A DNA stretch of 64,000 nucleotides from Gammaproteobacteria bacterium (GTDB lineage: Bacteria; Pseudomonadota; Gammaproteobacteria; Eutrophobiales; Eutrophobiaceae). This document shows, in pieces, positions 30,890 to 40,024 of this stretch. The DNA lies in assembly GCA_021773215.1 (NCBI GenBank), contig JAJFKM010000012.1, forward strand, positions 4,922 through 68,921. The letters run 5' to 3'. Each line of letters begins with the position of its first letter. Position 1 is the first letter of the stretch. The notes under the pieces were generated by a model. The model saw only the letters and a list, made by a program, of their open reading frames with translations. It was not told the origin of the DNA and searched no databases. The position numbers and the translations under genes are program-made.

Positions 30890-32458
30890 TTGGCCAAGAT
30901 CGATTTTTACGATAACTCTGCCGTAGTCATTATTGGATCTGGTGCCGGTGGGGGTACTTTGGCAAACGAACTTTGCCAAAAAGGCATTAAAGTAGTCTTA
31001 TTAGAAGCAGGTAAGCACCATACCATTGCCGACTTTGTTAATGACGAATGGCCTTCCTTTAGTCAATTGGCCTGGTTAGACAAACGTACTACCTCTGGTG
31101 ATTGGCGTGTTGCAAAAGATTTTCCGAACCTGCCAGCATGGATCTGCAAAACTGTCGGCGGCACTACGACACATTGGGCGGGTGCCAGTCTTCGAATTCA
31201 GGATCATGAATTCAGAGCAGAAACACATTATGGAAAAATAGATGACGCTAATCTTATAGATTGGCCACTTACTCTGAAAGATCTTGAACCTTACTATGCC
31301 AAGGCTGAAGACAAGATGGGCGTGACACGTACGAATGGCATTCCCGGTCTACCCGGCAACAATAATTTTAAGGTCATGCACGCCGGTGCGAAAAAGCTCG
31401 GTTATAAAGAAGTGCATACGGGACGCATGGCAATCAACAGTCGTCCACGAAACGGTCGTGCGGCATGTCAACAGATTGGTTTTTGTTTTCAAGGTTGTAA
31501 GTCAGGGGCAAAATGGTCAACCTTGTATACTGAGATTCCTGCAGCTGAAGCTACCGGTAATCTAGAACTACGATCCGAATCACATGTATTACAAGTAAAA
31601 CATGATGCAGAAGGTAAAGTCAGCGGTGTGTTGTACGCTGATAAAGATGGCAATCAACATTTGCAAAAAGCGCGTATCATTTGCGTCGCAGGTAACTCAA
31701 TTGAATCTCCGCGTTTATTATTAAATTCAGCTACCTCTATGTATCCAGATGGCCTGGCAAATTCTTCTGGTCAAGTTGGTAGAAACTATATGCGCCATAC
31801 AACGGGTTCAGTCTACGCAACGTTTGAAAAACCTGTACACATGTATCGTGGTACCACTATGGCTGGGATCATTGCTGATGAAAATAAACATGATACAAGC
31901 AGAGGCTTTGCTGGTGGTTATGAAATGGAGACCTTATCACTCGGCCTACCGTTCATGGCTGCGTTTCTAGACCCCGGTGCTTCCGGTAAAAAGTTTAGTG
32001 ATGCATTAGAAGATTATGACCACATGGCGGGCATGTGGATTGTTGGTGAAGATATGCCGCAAGAAAAAAATCGCGTTACATTACATGCAACAGAAAAAGA
32101 TCAGCACGGACAACCCGTACCTAATGTTCATTTCGATGATCACAAAAATGATATTGCGATGCGTAATCATGCTTATAAACAAGGCACTTTGGTATACGGT
32201 GCAGCCGGTGCAAAGACAGTTTGGGAAACACCACCTTACCCATCAACGCATAATTTAGGTACCAACCGTATGAGTACGAAAGCGACTGATGGTGTCTGTA
32301 ATGGCTTTGGTCAAACTCACGATATTAAAAACTTGTTTATTTCGGATGGCAGTCAATTCACTACTGGTGCGGCAGAAAACCCTACACTAACAATCGTGAC
32401 ACTAGCTATTCGACAAGCAGATTATATTGCTGAACAGATGGGTAAAAAGAATATTTAA
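30890..32458 (+). CDS. GMC family FAD-dependent oxidoreductase (dehydrogenase flavoprotein subunit)
   Basis: Rossmann FAD motif IIGSGAGGG near the N-terminus, a GMC C-terminal domain and the conserved active-site His/Asn region (HNLGTNRM). Length 522 aa. Confidence 0.85.
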   Translation: MAKIDFYDNSAVVIIGSGAGGGTLANELCQKGIKVVLLEAGKHHTIADFVNDEWPSFSQLAWLDKRTTSGDWRVAKDFPNLPAWICKTVGGTTTHWAGASLRIQDHEFRAETHYGKIDDANLIDWPLTLKDLEPYYAKAEDKMGVTRTNGIPGLPGNNNFKVMHAGAKKLGYKEVHTGRMAINSRPRNGRAACQQIGFCFQGCKSGAKWSTLYTEIPAAEATGNLELRSESHVLQVKHDAEGKVSGVLYADKDGNQHLQKARIICVAGNSIESPRLLLNSATSMYPDGLANSSGQVGRNYMRHTTGSVYATFEKPVHMYRGTTMAGIIADENKHDTSRGFAGGYEMETLSLGLPFMAAFLDPGASGKKFSDALEDYDHMAGMWIVGEDMPQEKNRVTLHATEKDQHGQPVPNVHFDDHKNDIAMRNHAYKQGTLVYGAAGAKTVWETPPYPSTHNLGTNRMSTKATDGVCNGFGQTHDIKNLFISDGSQFTTGAAENPTLTIVTLAIRQADYIAEQMGKKNI

Positions 32459-32469
32459 AAGCAGTATGA

Positions 32470-33627
32470 TTAATACTGTAACTGAACACCAAAAGTAAAC
32501 AAATCAACATCCCTACCAGCATAACCGCTGGCGTTGTTATCGCCGCTTATATAATTAAAATTTAATTTAGCGTTATTACCCGAGATAACGTAATTCGTAC
32601 CGATCTCAATAGAATCACTCGTTTTTGCATCGCTAGGATTATTTTCGACGTACCTGAAATAAGGTTGAAATTTACCCCAAGCAATTACCTTGGGGAATAA
32701 ATAAGCGACCGTAGCAAAAGTTGAATGGCCGTCAAACAGGCAGGAGCAACCGGCTAATCCTGCTGCGGGCGGTGTAGCTAGAGTAAAGTCAGAATGAAAT
32801 TTTTTATATTCTGCTTCGATAGTAAAAACGCCACCATCATCGAGAACAGTCTCTGACAAAACATCGAAGGTATAGCCAAAAAAGTCGCCTTGTTCAATTG
32901 AGCTACCCGAACCGCCAGATTGTTGTTGAAATGCGAAGGCAAGCGTTAACAGATTGCCTTGTTCGCCAAAATAACTAGAACTTGAGTAATAGACCGGATT
33001 GGATTCTATATCCAGAAAACTATAAGAAATGCGCGCACTGTAGAGTAAATGATTATCTTGATTACTCTGGCCTTTCAAACCATCAAATATTCCTAATGCA
33101 TAATGCACTCTGCCAGTCGTACCCCAAAACACACCGCCTTCACTTCGACCCAATGTGCCAGCGCTAGCGCCGTAACCAGAAGGAAAAAGCGGCTGTGTGT
33201 ATTGGTTCCAATTGAGTGAATAGAATGGACCATTTTTATCAATACGATCGGAAGGTACTAATGTACGACCGATCCAAACATTAATACTGGGGTTAAATTC
33301 AAACCTTGCTATAGCATCCATCATAAATGTCTTTTGATGATTCTGCTTATCGGTATTCACATAAAACTTCAGGTATTTATGTACCTGTGCTTCAAAATAG
33401 AATCGTATGCTATCAAATGAAAATTCATTATTATTATCGAAATCACTTTTTCTTGAATCAAGCTGCATGCGAATACCTGTGCCTGCAGTAAGCCACAGGG
33501 TATCGCTATGTTCGAATTTAACACCGGCAATGACTGGCGCAGTAAACATAAATGAAAGACTAGCGATTAATAGACATATAGTCCGACGAAAGAGATTGCC
33601 TGTACTTAATCTTTTTACGTGAATCAT
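32470..33627 (-). CDS. Putative outer-membrane beta-barrel porin (paralog 1 of a tandem pair)
   Basis: Signal peptide, alternating amphipathic beta-strand pattern, Gly/Ser/Tyr-rich loops and a C-terminus ending in aromatic residues (FGVQLQY). Family not assigned. Confidence 0.5.
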   Translation of the reverse strand: MIHVKRLSTGNLFRRTICLLIASLSFMFTAPVIAGVKFEHSDTLWLTAGTGIRMQLDSRKSDFDNNNEFSFDSIRFYFEAQVHKYLKFYVNTDKQNHQKTFMMDAIARFEFNPSINVWIGRTLVPSDRIDKNGPFYSLNWNQYTQPLFPSGYGASAGTLGRSEGGVFWGTTGRVHYALGIFDGLKGQSNQDNHLLYSARISYSFLDIESNPVYYSSSSYFGEQGNLLTLAFAFQQQSGGSGSSIEQGDFFGYTFDVLSETVLDDGGVFTIEAEYKKFHSDFTLATPPAAGLAGCSCLFDGHSTFATVAYLFPKVIAWGKFQPYFRYVENNPSDAKTSDSIEIGTNYVISGNNAKLNFNYISGDNNASGYAGRDVDLFTFGVQLQY

Positions 33628-33673
33628 TTACATGCCTTATGTTTAAGATTTAAACGTATGTATGGATTTCAAT

Positions 33674-34834
33674 TTAATACTGTACTTGAATCCCAAAAGT
33701 AACTTTATCAACATCCCTGCCAGCATAACCGCTGGCATTAGTATCACCGCTAACATAGCTCAAATTCAGTTTCGCTTTATGGCCTGAAATAACATAGTTT
33801 GAACCGACTTCAAAAGAATCACTTGATGCAGCGCCACTTGGATTATTTTCGACATAACGAAAGTAGGGTTGAAACTTACCGAAACCTATAACCTTTGGGA
33901 TTAGATAACTTACGGTAGCAAAAACTGAGTCACCATCGAACAAACAAAAACAATCTGCTATACCAGCAGCCGGTGTTGATACAGAACTAAAATCCGCATC
34001 AAAATTTTTATACTCTGCTTCAACAGTGAACACGCCTTTGCCGGGCAGTACTGTTTCGGATAACAGATCAATCGAATAACCAAAATAATCACCTTGTTCT
34101 ATAGCGCTACCACTACCGCCATCTTGATTTTGTAAGGTAAGCGCAACGGTAAATAAATCACCCTGCTCACCAAAGTAAGTAGAGCTGGTGTAATAACCGA
34201 AGTTGGATTCGACATTCAGGAAATTATAAGTGAGTCGAGCAGCATAAAGTTTATTGTTAGATTGATTACTAAAACCTTTCAGACCATCAACAATCCCCAA
34301 TGCGTAATGAAACTTGCCTGTTGTCCCCCAAAATACGCCGCCTTCACCGCGCCCCAGACTTCCCGCAGCTCCACCTAATTCAGTAGGATACAAAGGCTGA
34401 CGATATTGGATCCAATTCATACCATAAAAAGGTCCACTCATCCCGATACGGTTTCCAGGAACGACCAGGCGGCCTACCCAAAGATTAAAACTCGGATGCA
34501 ATTCAAAGCGAGCCATCGCATCAATGAGATCGGTAGAGTCATGGTTCTGCTTATCGGTATTAATACTAAACTTCAGGTATTTATGGACTTGTGCAGCGAT
34601 GTACACACGAATACTGTCGAATGACACTTCAGAATTATTATCCAAATCACTTTTTCTAGAATCCAGTTGCATACGGGCACCACCACCAATGCTTAACCAG
34701 ACAGTATCACTGTGCTCAAACTTTACGCCACTCATGACTGGCATAGTGGCTAATAAAACAGTGCTTAATATTATGAGTTTGGTGATATTACGAACGTATG
34801 TATTACGGAGGTGTTGGAATTGCACCTTAAACAT
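33674..34834 (-). CDS. Putative outer-membrane beta-barrel porin (paralog 2, roughly 60% identical to the 32470-33627 gene)
   Basis: Same architecture and colinear similarity to paralog 1 (GVKFEHSDT..., RMQLDSRKSD..., ...FGIQVQY). Confidence 0.5.
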   Translation of the reverse strand: MFKVQFQHLRNTYVRNITKLIILSTVLLATMPVMSGVKFEHSDTVWLSIGGGARMQLDSRKSDLDNNSEVSFDSIRVYIAAQVHKYLKFSINTDKQNHDSTDLIDAMARFELHPSFNLWVGRLVVPGNRIGMSGPFYGMNWIQYRQPLYPTELGGAAGSLGRGEGGVFWGTTGKFHYALGIVDGLKGFSNQSNNKLYAARLTYNFLNVESNFGYYTSSTYFGEQGDLFTVALTLQNQDGGSGSAIEQGDYFGYSIDLLSETVLPGKGVFTVEAEYKNFDADFSSVSTPAAGIADCFCLFDGDSVFATVSYLIPKVIGFGKFQPYFRYVENNPSGAASSDSFEVGSNYVISGHKAKLNLSYVSGDTNASGYAGRDVDKVTFGIQVQY

Positions 34835-35032
34835 ATGCTTACCCTTTTTATTAGTTTGCTACCCCCCACAACTTAGTAAGCAATTCGCTAATACTCTACA
34901 TCTCTTTCTTTTAGTCTCGATAGACTAAGCTTTTCCATAGACAAGACAGGCAAGCTAATTATATTTAGTCTTAGATATACAGATATTTTTAATATGTTGT
35001 TTTAAAAATATTAATGCAGATTCAAGCTACGA

Positions 35033-36094
35033 CTATATTTTATTATATTTTTCTTTTAAGGTCTCAAGAATAACGTTTGCATCTGCCCCTGTTGACCATT
35101 CACCATCTTTATTCATGATAATAACTTCTGTCTTATCGCCGACGCCGGTCAAGCTTAACTGATAAGCTGTGCCTTCATCTTCATCATCACCCCAGAATTT
35201 TAATTTAGATAAAAGTCCTTTTTCTTCTTTTTCACCTTCCGGCATAAAGTAACGGAAATCATAAGTCCCTTTTTCTTGATCGCTAGCTTCAATCACGTAC
35301 TCAGAACGTTCTAATATCATCTGTGCTTCACGCCAGGCGCGTGTGAATTCTTGCGGGATTACCAAATAACTCTTGCCATCACCAACATCAAGTATTTCTG
35401 CCTTGGGTTTTACTGGTTTAGGCTCTTCAACTGGCGCAGTTGAGGCAGTACTTTTTGAACTATTGGAGGTACTTGCTACGTTAGGTATTTCAGTTCCGTA
35501 AAAATGCAGATTCAATTTCCGAATAACTTTCTTTTCCATATCTGTATCGGCCAACGAATCAAGCCATTCACCTTCGGATAAGTCCTGCTTTTCACTCGAC
35601 ATGAATAGCATCGTGCCACCAGACTCATCAGGTTCTGTAAAAATCTTGAATCTATATCTGCTGCTGCCATCTTCTTTCCAAGCTGTTTCAAGCACACCTA
35701 ATTCTGCATCATCCAGATCAATGGCATACTCTCTTTCTCTCCAGAACTCTTTTAGTTTCGGCCATATATCAAAAGAAGAACCTCTCAAGGCTAACCATTG
35801 TTCACCGTCTGCCTCACCGGAACCTAATACCGATCCCTGCCGTTTATTTTGAGAACGCTGCCGTTCAAACTCGCTCAATGATGTCGACTCCTCTCCAGGA
35901 ATCTTTGCCGAGAACTCGCCTTCCGTCACCGTCAGGTCAGGAGGGACTTCCAGAGTGGGCAAGCCCTTGCTTTTTTGATAAGCAGTTCGCTTGTCTGGCA
36001 ACACTTTTTCCAAATCGTCAACGCCTGGAAGGTATGAACAAGCAAGAATAAAGAGAAAACTAAGTATTAAAACGAGATTACGTAAAATCATCAT
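35033..36094 (-). CDS. bamC: Outer membrane protein assembly factor BamC (NlpB lipoprotein)
   Basis: Lipobox FILAC. Located immediately downstream of dapA on the same strand, the conserved dapA-bamC operon. Confidence 0.7.
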   Translation of the reverse strand: MMILRNLVLILSFLFILACSYLPGVDDLEKVLPDKRTAYQKSKGLPTLEVPPDLTVTEGEFSAKIPGEESTSLSEFERQRSQNKRQGSVLGSGEADGEQWLALRGSSFDIWPKLKEFWREREYAIDLDDAELGVLETAWKEDGSSRYRFKIFTEPDESGGTMLFMSSEKQDLSEGEWLDSLADTDMEKKVIRKLNLHFYGTEIPNVASTSNSSKSTASTAPVEEPKPVKPKAEILDVGDGKSYLVIPQEFTRAWREAQMILERSEYVIEASDQEKGTYDFRYFMPEGEKEEKGLLSKLKFWGDDEDEGTAYQLSLTGVGDKTEVIIMNKDGEWSTGADANVILETLKEKYNKI

Positions 36095-36101
36095 TGTGTA
36101 T

Positions 36102-36989
36102 TTATATAACTCCAGCCTGTTTCATGGCATCTAGTAATTTGGGTTCCGCTGATTCAGACATCCAGGTCATTGGCAGTCTTATACCTGCTTGGATAAAGCC
36201 TAATTTGTGTAAGGCCCATTTCACGGGTATTGGATTCGATTCAATAAATAATTCTTTATGCAGACCGTTAAGCCTATTGTCAATTGCGGTTGCACCTTCA
36301 ACGTCACCACTCAATGCTAATTGACACATCTCATGCATTGCCTTGGGCGCAACATTGGCGGTAACCGAAATCACCCCATCCCCGCCTTCAAGAATAAAGT
36401 CTTTGGTAGTCTCATCGTCCCCTGTTAACAGAAGAAAATCAGCGCCCGCACCATCACGTATCTGCTTAACCCTTGTCAGGTCTGCTGTCGCTTCTTTAAC
36501 ACCGATTATATTTTTTACCGATGCTAAACGAATAATCGTTTCAGGCAACATATCACAAGCCGTTCTGCCGGGCACATTATAAAGAATTTGTTGTATATCA
36601 ACCGCCTCTGCCACAGCCTTATAGTGCAAATATAGACCTTCCTGAGTCGGCTTATTATAGTAAGGCGTGACCAATAGGCACGCATCTGCCCCAACTTCTT
36701 TGGCACATTTCGTTAATGAAATCGCTTCAATCGTTGAATTTGCACCAGTACCTGCAATTACTGGTATACGACCATTAACGATATCAACCATCTGCTTAAT
36801 CACAGCACAATGTTCTTTTTCAGTTAATGTGGCAGATTCGCCAGTTGTTCCCACAGCAACAATGGCATCAGTGCCCTGCTCAATATGGAATTCGAGCAAA
36901 TTCTTCAAGGCCTGACTATCTACTACTGTATCTGGGTGCACCCCTGCTAACATCGGAGTGACAATGGCAACCATACTTCCGGTAAACAT
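36102..36989 (-). CDS. dapA: 4-hydroxy-tetrahydrodipicolinate synthase
   Basis: [14 protein letters not shown]-terminus, the GTTGES motif and the active-site Lys region (IIGVKEA). Confidence 0.9.
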   Translation of the reverse strand: MFTGSMVAIVTPMLAGVHPDTVVDSQALKNLLEFHIEQGTDAIVAVGTTGESATLTEKEHCAVIKQMVDIVNGRIPVIAGTGANSTIEAISLTKCAKEVGADACLLVTPYYNKPTQEGLYLHYKAVAEAVDIQQILYNVPGRTACDMLPETIIRLASVKNIIGVKEATADLTRVKQIRDGAGADFLLLTGDDETTKDFILEGGDGVISVTANVAPKAMHEMCQLALSGDVEGATAIDNRLNGLHKELFIESNPIPVKWALHKLGFIQAGIRLPMTWMSESAEPKLLDAMKQAGVI

Positions 36990-37159
36990 ATGAATAGTTA
37001 TTATGAGTAATTGACAAAAACGTGTATGGTACTTAATGAAGTAACCCTATGACAAGGACATTAGTCTTTATATAATGTGCATTACAGCTAGATATCCACA
37101 TTGACGCTATAATACAGACCAATAACATAGAAATTACCTAAATATTCCCCAAGTTTAAG

Positions 37160-37687
37160 ATGCAAAACTATCTCGTTGTCAGTGCTCTGGTCGAAAATTC
37201 CAGTGAAATCATTCGTAAATTCTCAAAACTGTCTAAGTCCAGCGGCTGTAATATCGTCGATAGTCGGTTTAAAGTTCTCGGACATGAACTTTCCCTAATG
37301 ATTTTCCTGACTGGTACCTGGGATGCCATTGCTAAAATCGAAGATATGCTTGGAATTCTCGCACAGGAACACCAAATCAAGATCCTCACGAATCGAACTA
37401 CTGTAGACAAATTACAAGGCGACTCCATGCCCTATGCGGTAGACGTTGTCGGGCTCGACCAATCCGGGATCATATTCGATATCACCGATTTCATGTCGAG
37501 CAATAATCTAATTATTCATGAAATGGCATCAAATACCTATGAGGCTTCAATGACTGGCGCCAAGATGTTTTCCTTACATATGATGGTCAATATCCCGTCA
37601 GATTCGTCTATCGCATCTATTCGCGGTGATTTCATTGAATTTTGTGATCGTCTTAATCTTGATGCCATAATGGAGCCTGTAAAATAA
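37160..37687 (+). CDS. gcvR: Glycine cleavage system transcriptional repressor GcvR (tandem ACT domains)
   Basis: NYLVVSALVENSSEIIRKFSKL...SGCNIVDSRFKVLGHE parallels E. coli GcvR HYLVITALGADRPGIVN...CGCNIEDSRLAMLGEE. The conserved dapA / gcvR-bcp neighbourhood supports the call. Confidence 0.75.
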   Translation: MQNYLVVSALVENSSEIIRKFSKLSKSSGCNIVDSRFKVLGHELSLMIFLTGTWDAIAKIEDMLGILAQEHQIKILTNRTTVDKLQGDSMPYAVDVVGLDQSGIIFDITDFMSSNNLIIHEMASNTYEASMTGAKMFSLHMMVNIPSDSSIASIRGDFIEFCDRLNLDAIMEPVK

Positions 37688-37695
37688 GGGTACTC

Positions 37696-37819
37696 CTAAA
37701 AATGCACTTTTTTTGCGATTGCTTTGTCAGCGCCGTACTCGAATCCTCATGTATTTCACATACACTGCGGTTCTGCGTGCGTCGCTTCCTCACACTCACA
37801 AAAAAATCACTATTTTTAG
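37696..37819 (+). repeat. Copy B of the ~124-bp interspersed intergenic repeat (CTAAAAATGCAC...TCACTATTTTTAG)
   Basis: About 85-90% identical to copy C at 50278-50401 by eye. Terminal inverted repeats of 8-9 bp (CTAAAAAT/ATTTTTAG). It starts 9 nt after the gcvR stop. Confidence 0.7.
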
Positions 37820-37898
37820 AAGCACTCTAAGTAATAACAATTGCTATTATGTCTACGAGTAAAAATAAATTATTAAATAAGTGGGTAACAATTTAATT

Positions 37899-38366
37899 AT
37901 GAGTAAAGTCAGTATTGGGAAAAAAGTTCCCGCATTCACTCTGCCAGCAACCGGCGATCAAACCATCAAACTCTCAGCGCTTAAAGGAAAAAATATTGTT
38001 TTATATTTTTACCCTAAAGACAGTACCCCAGGATGCACACTGGAAGGTCAAGACTTTCGCGACAACATTCGTAAATTCAGTTCCCGCAACACCATCATAC
38101 TCGGGGTCTCACGGGATAAGATATCTTCACACGAAAAATTTAAAGAGAAACAATGCTTCCCTTTCGATTTACTATCTGACGAAGACGAGACGCTCTGTAA
38201 TCTATTCGATGTCATTAAAGAAAAAAATATGTATGGAAAAATACATATGGGCATTGAACGTTCAACCTTCTTGATTGACGAAAAAGGAATCTTGCGTAAA
38301 GAATGGCGCAAGGTAAAAGTAAAGGAACATGTCAATGAGGTTCTTGAAGCCTTGAAAGCACTTTGA
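37899..38366 (+). CDS. bcp: Thiol peroxidase Bcp (peroxiredoxin Q/BCP)
   Basis: FYPKDSTPGCT peroxidatic Cys motif. The start is assigned at MSKVSIGKK; the listed ORF starts at 37881. Confidence 0.85.
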   Translation: MSKVSIGKKVPAFTLPATGDQTIKLSALKGKNIVLYFYPKDSTPGCTLEGQDFRDNIRKFSSRNTIILGVSRDKISSHEKFKEKQCFPFDLLSDEDETLCNLFDVIKEKNMYGKIHMGIERSTFLIDEKGILRKEWRKVKVKEHVNEVLEALKAL

Positions 38367-38385
38367 ATTAATTTTCTATACCACT

Positions 38386-39792
38386 ATGTCATCAAATAAT
38401 AGCGCTCGCCTTTTTGTACTTGATACAAATGTACTCATGCATGACCCTGCCTCACTGTTTCGTTTTCAAGAACATGATATTTTTATTCCGATGGTCGTGC
38501 TGGAAGAGCTTGATCATGCCAAGAAAGGGGTTTCTGAAGTTGCTCGAAATGTTCGCCAAGTAAGTCGTTTTATTGATGAATTAATTAATGATGCAGAGGC
38601 CGATGACATTAATAATGGTTTGAAACTTAATTCAGCAAGAACATTAAATGGCAATACTGAACCTTGTGGGAGAATGTATTTACAAACACAAATATTGCCT
38701 GACAGTTTACCGGAATCGTTACCTGGCAAAAACGCAGATAATACTATTTTAGGGACAACACTCTCCTTACAAAAAAAGTATCCGGATAAAATCGTTACCT
38801 TAATTTCTAAAGACATTAACCTGCGGATTAAAGCACATATCCTGGGTATCAAGACGGAAGACTACACCAGTGATCAAGTATTGGATGATGCTGATTTACT
38901 TTATACCGGTATCAATGAGTTACCTGCCAACTTTTGGGATACAAAATCTGAAGCACTCACATCGTGGCAAGAAGATATGCGCACCTTGTATGAAATAAAG
39001 GGGCAACCACTTGAAGAGTGCTATCCGCACCAAAGCCTTTACACGGATGAAGGCTCTGGCTTCGAAGCGCTGGTTAAAAAGACAAATACAGATAAAACAA
39101 CATTAGTACATGCCATTGATTATAGAAAGGACAATCATGCCGTATGGGGCGTAAATGCACGAAATCGTGAACAGAATTTTGCCTTAAACCTATTAATGGA
39201 CCCTGATGTCGATATGGTCACTATTCTTGGTGCCGCTGGTACGGGTAAGACTTTACTAACACTCGCTGCCGGTCTGGATCAAGTTATGGAAAAGAAACTC
39301 TATCGTGACATCATCATAACCCGCGTTACTATCCCGGTCGGTGAAGACATCGGTTTCTTACCTGGCACAGAAGAGGAAAAGATGGCGCCGTGGATGGGTG
39401 CATTACTGGATAACCTCGAAGTTTTAACTAGCTCGGAAGAAAGTGACGAATGGGAACGCGGCGCTACCGCAGACATACTAAGCAAACGTATTAAGATTCG
39501 CTCACTTAACTTCATGCGCGGACGCACCTTTCTAAATCGCTTTATTATTGTTGATGAGGCTCAGAACCTGACAGCCAAGCAAATGAAAACACTAATAACG
39601 CGCGCCGGCCCTGACAGTAAATTGATTGTCCTTGGCAATATTTCACAAATAGACACACCTTATCTCACTGAAACGACCTCAGGCCTTACCTATGTCGTAG
39701 ACCGTTTTAAAAACTGGGAACACAGTGGTCATATCACCTTGATGCGTGGAGAACGCTCACGTTTAGCTGATTTTGCCAGCGAAGTTCTCTGA
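38386..39792 (+). CDS. PhoH-like ATPase with N-terminal PIN domain (YlaK type)
   Basis: N-terminal PIN (LFVLDTNVLMHD), then the P-loop GAAGTGKT and a PhoH-family C-terminus (IIVDEAQNL). Confidence 0.8.
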   Translation: MSSNNSARLFVLDTNVLMHDPASLFRFQEHDIFIPMVVLEELDHAKKGVSEVARNVRQVSRFIDELINDAEADDINNGLKLNSARTLNGNTEPCGRMYLQTQILPDSLPESLPGKNADNTILGTTLSLQKKYPDKIVTLISKDINLRIKAHILGIKTEDYTSDQVLDDADLLYTGINELPANFWDTKSEALTSWQEDMRTLYEIKGQPLEECYPHQSLYTDEGSGFEALVKKTNTDKTTLVHAIDYRKDNHAVWGVNARNREQNFALNLLMDPDVDMVTILGAAGTGKTLLTLAAGLDQVMEKKLYRDIIITRVTIPVGEDIGFLPGTEEEKMAPWMGALLDNLEVLTSSEESDEWERGATADILSKRIKIRSLNFMRGRTFLNRFIIVDEAQNLTAKQMKTLITRAGPDSKLIVLGNISQIDTPYLTETTSGLTYVVDRFKNWEHSGHITLMRGERSRLADFASEVL

Positions 39793-39812
39793 TGCGAATG
39801 GCACTTACTTAA

Positions 39813-39937
39813 GCTCTGAAGACAATCATTTTTCTCGTTTTGTCATCCCCGCGCAGGCGGGGAACCAGTGAATATAGTGTGGCTTGCCTAACTGGATTCC
39901 CGCCTAGGCGGGAAAGACAGGCTTAAGTAAGAGTCTA
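39813..39937. repeat. REP-like palindromic element: outer 11-bp inverted repeat CTTACTTAAGC/GCTTAAGTAAG enclosing two GC hairpins (CCCCGCGCAGGCGGGG and CCCGCCTAGGCGGG)
   Basis: Exact inverted repeats were read directly. The inner ends TGTCATCCCCGC...GCGGGAAAGACAGG match the termini of the element at 40810-40885. Confidence 0.5.
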
Positions 39938-40024
39938 CTCTTATAGCACTATAGATTTAGCTTCAGATTAATGAATTCACTGCCGCTATAAATATTGACC
40001 CATTTAATGCATCAATATTTGTGA

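Noticed and set aside
32470-34834. Tandem porin genes as part of a mobile element
   Set aside because: There are no flanking inverted repeats, transposase, integrase or target-site duplications. A simple tandem gene duplication is the parsimonious reading.
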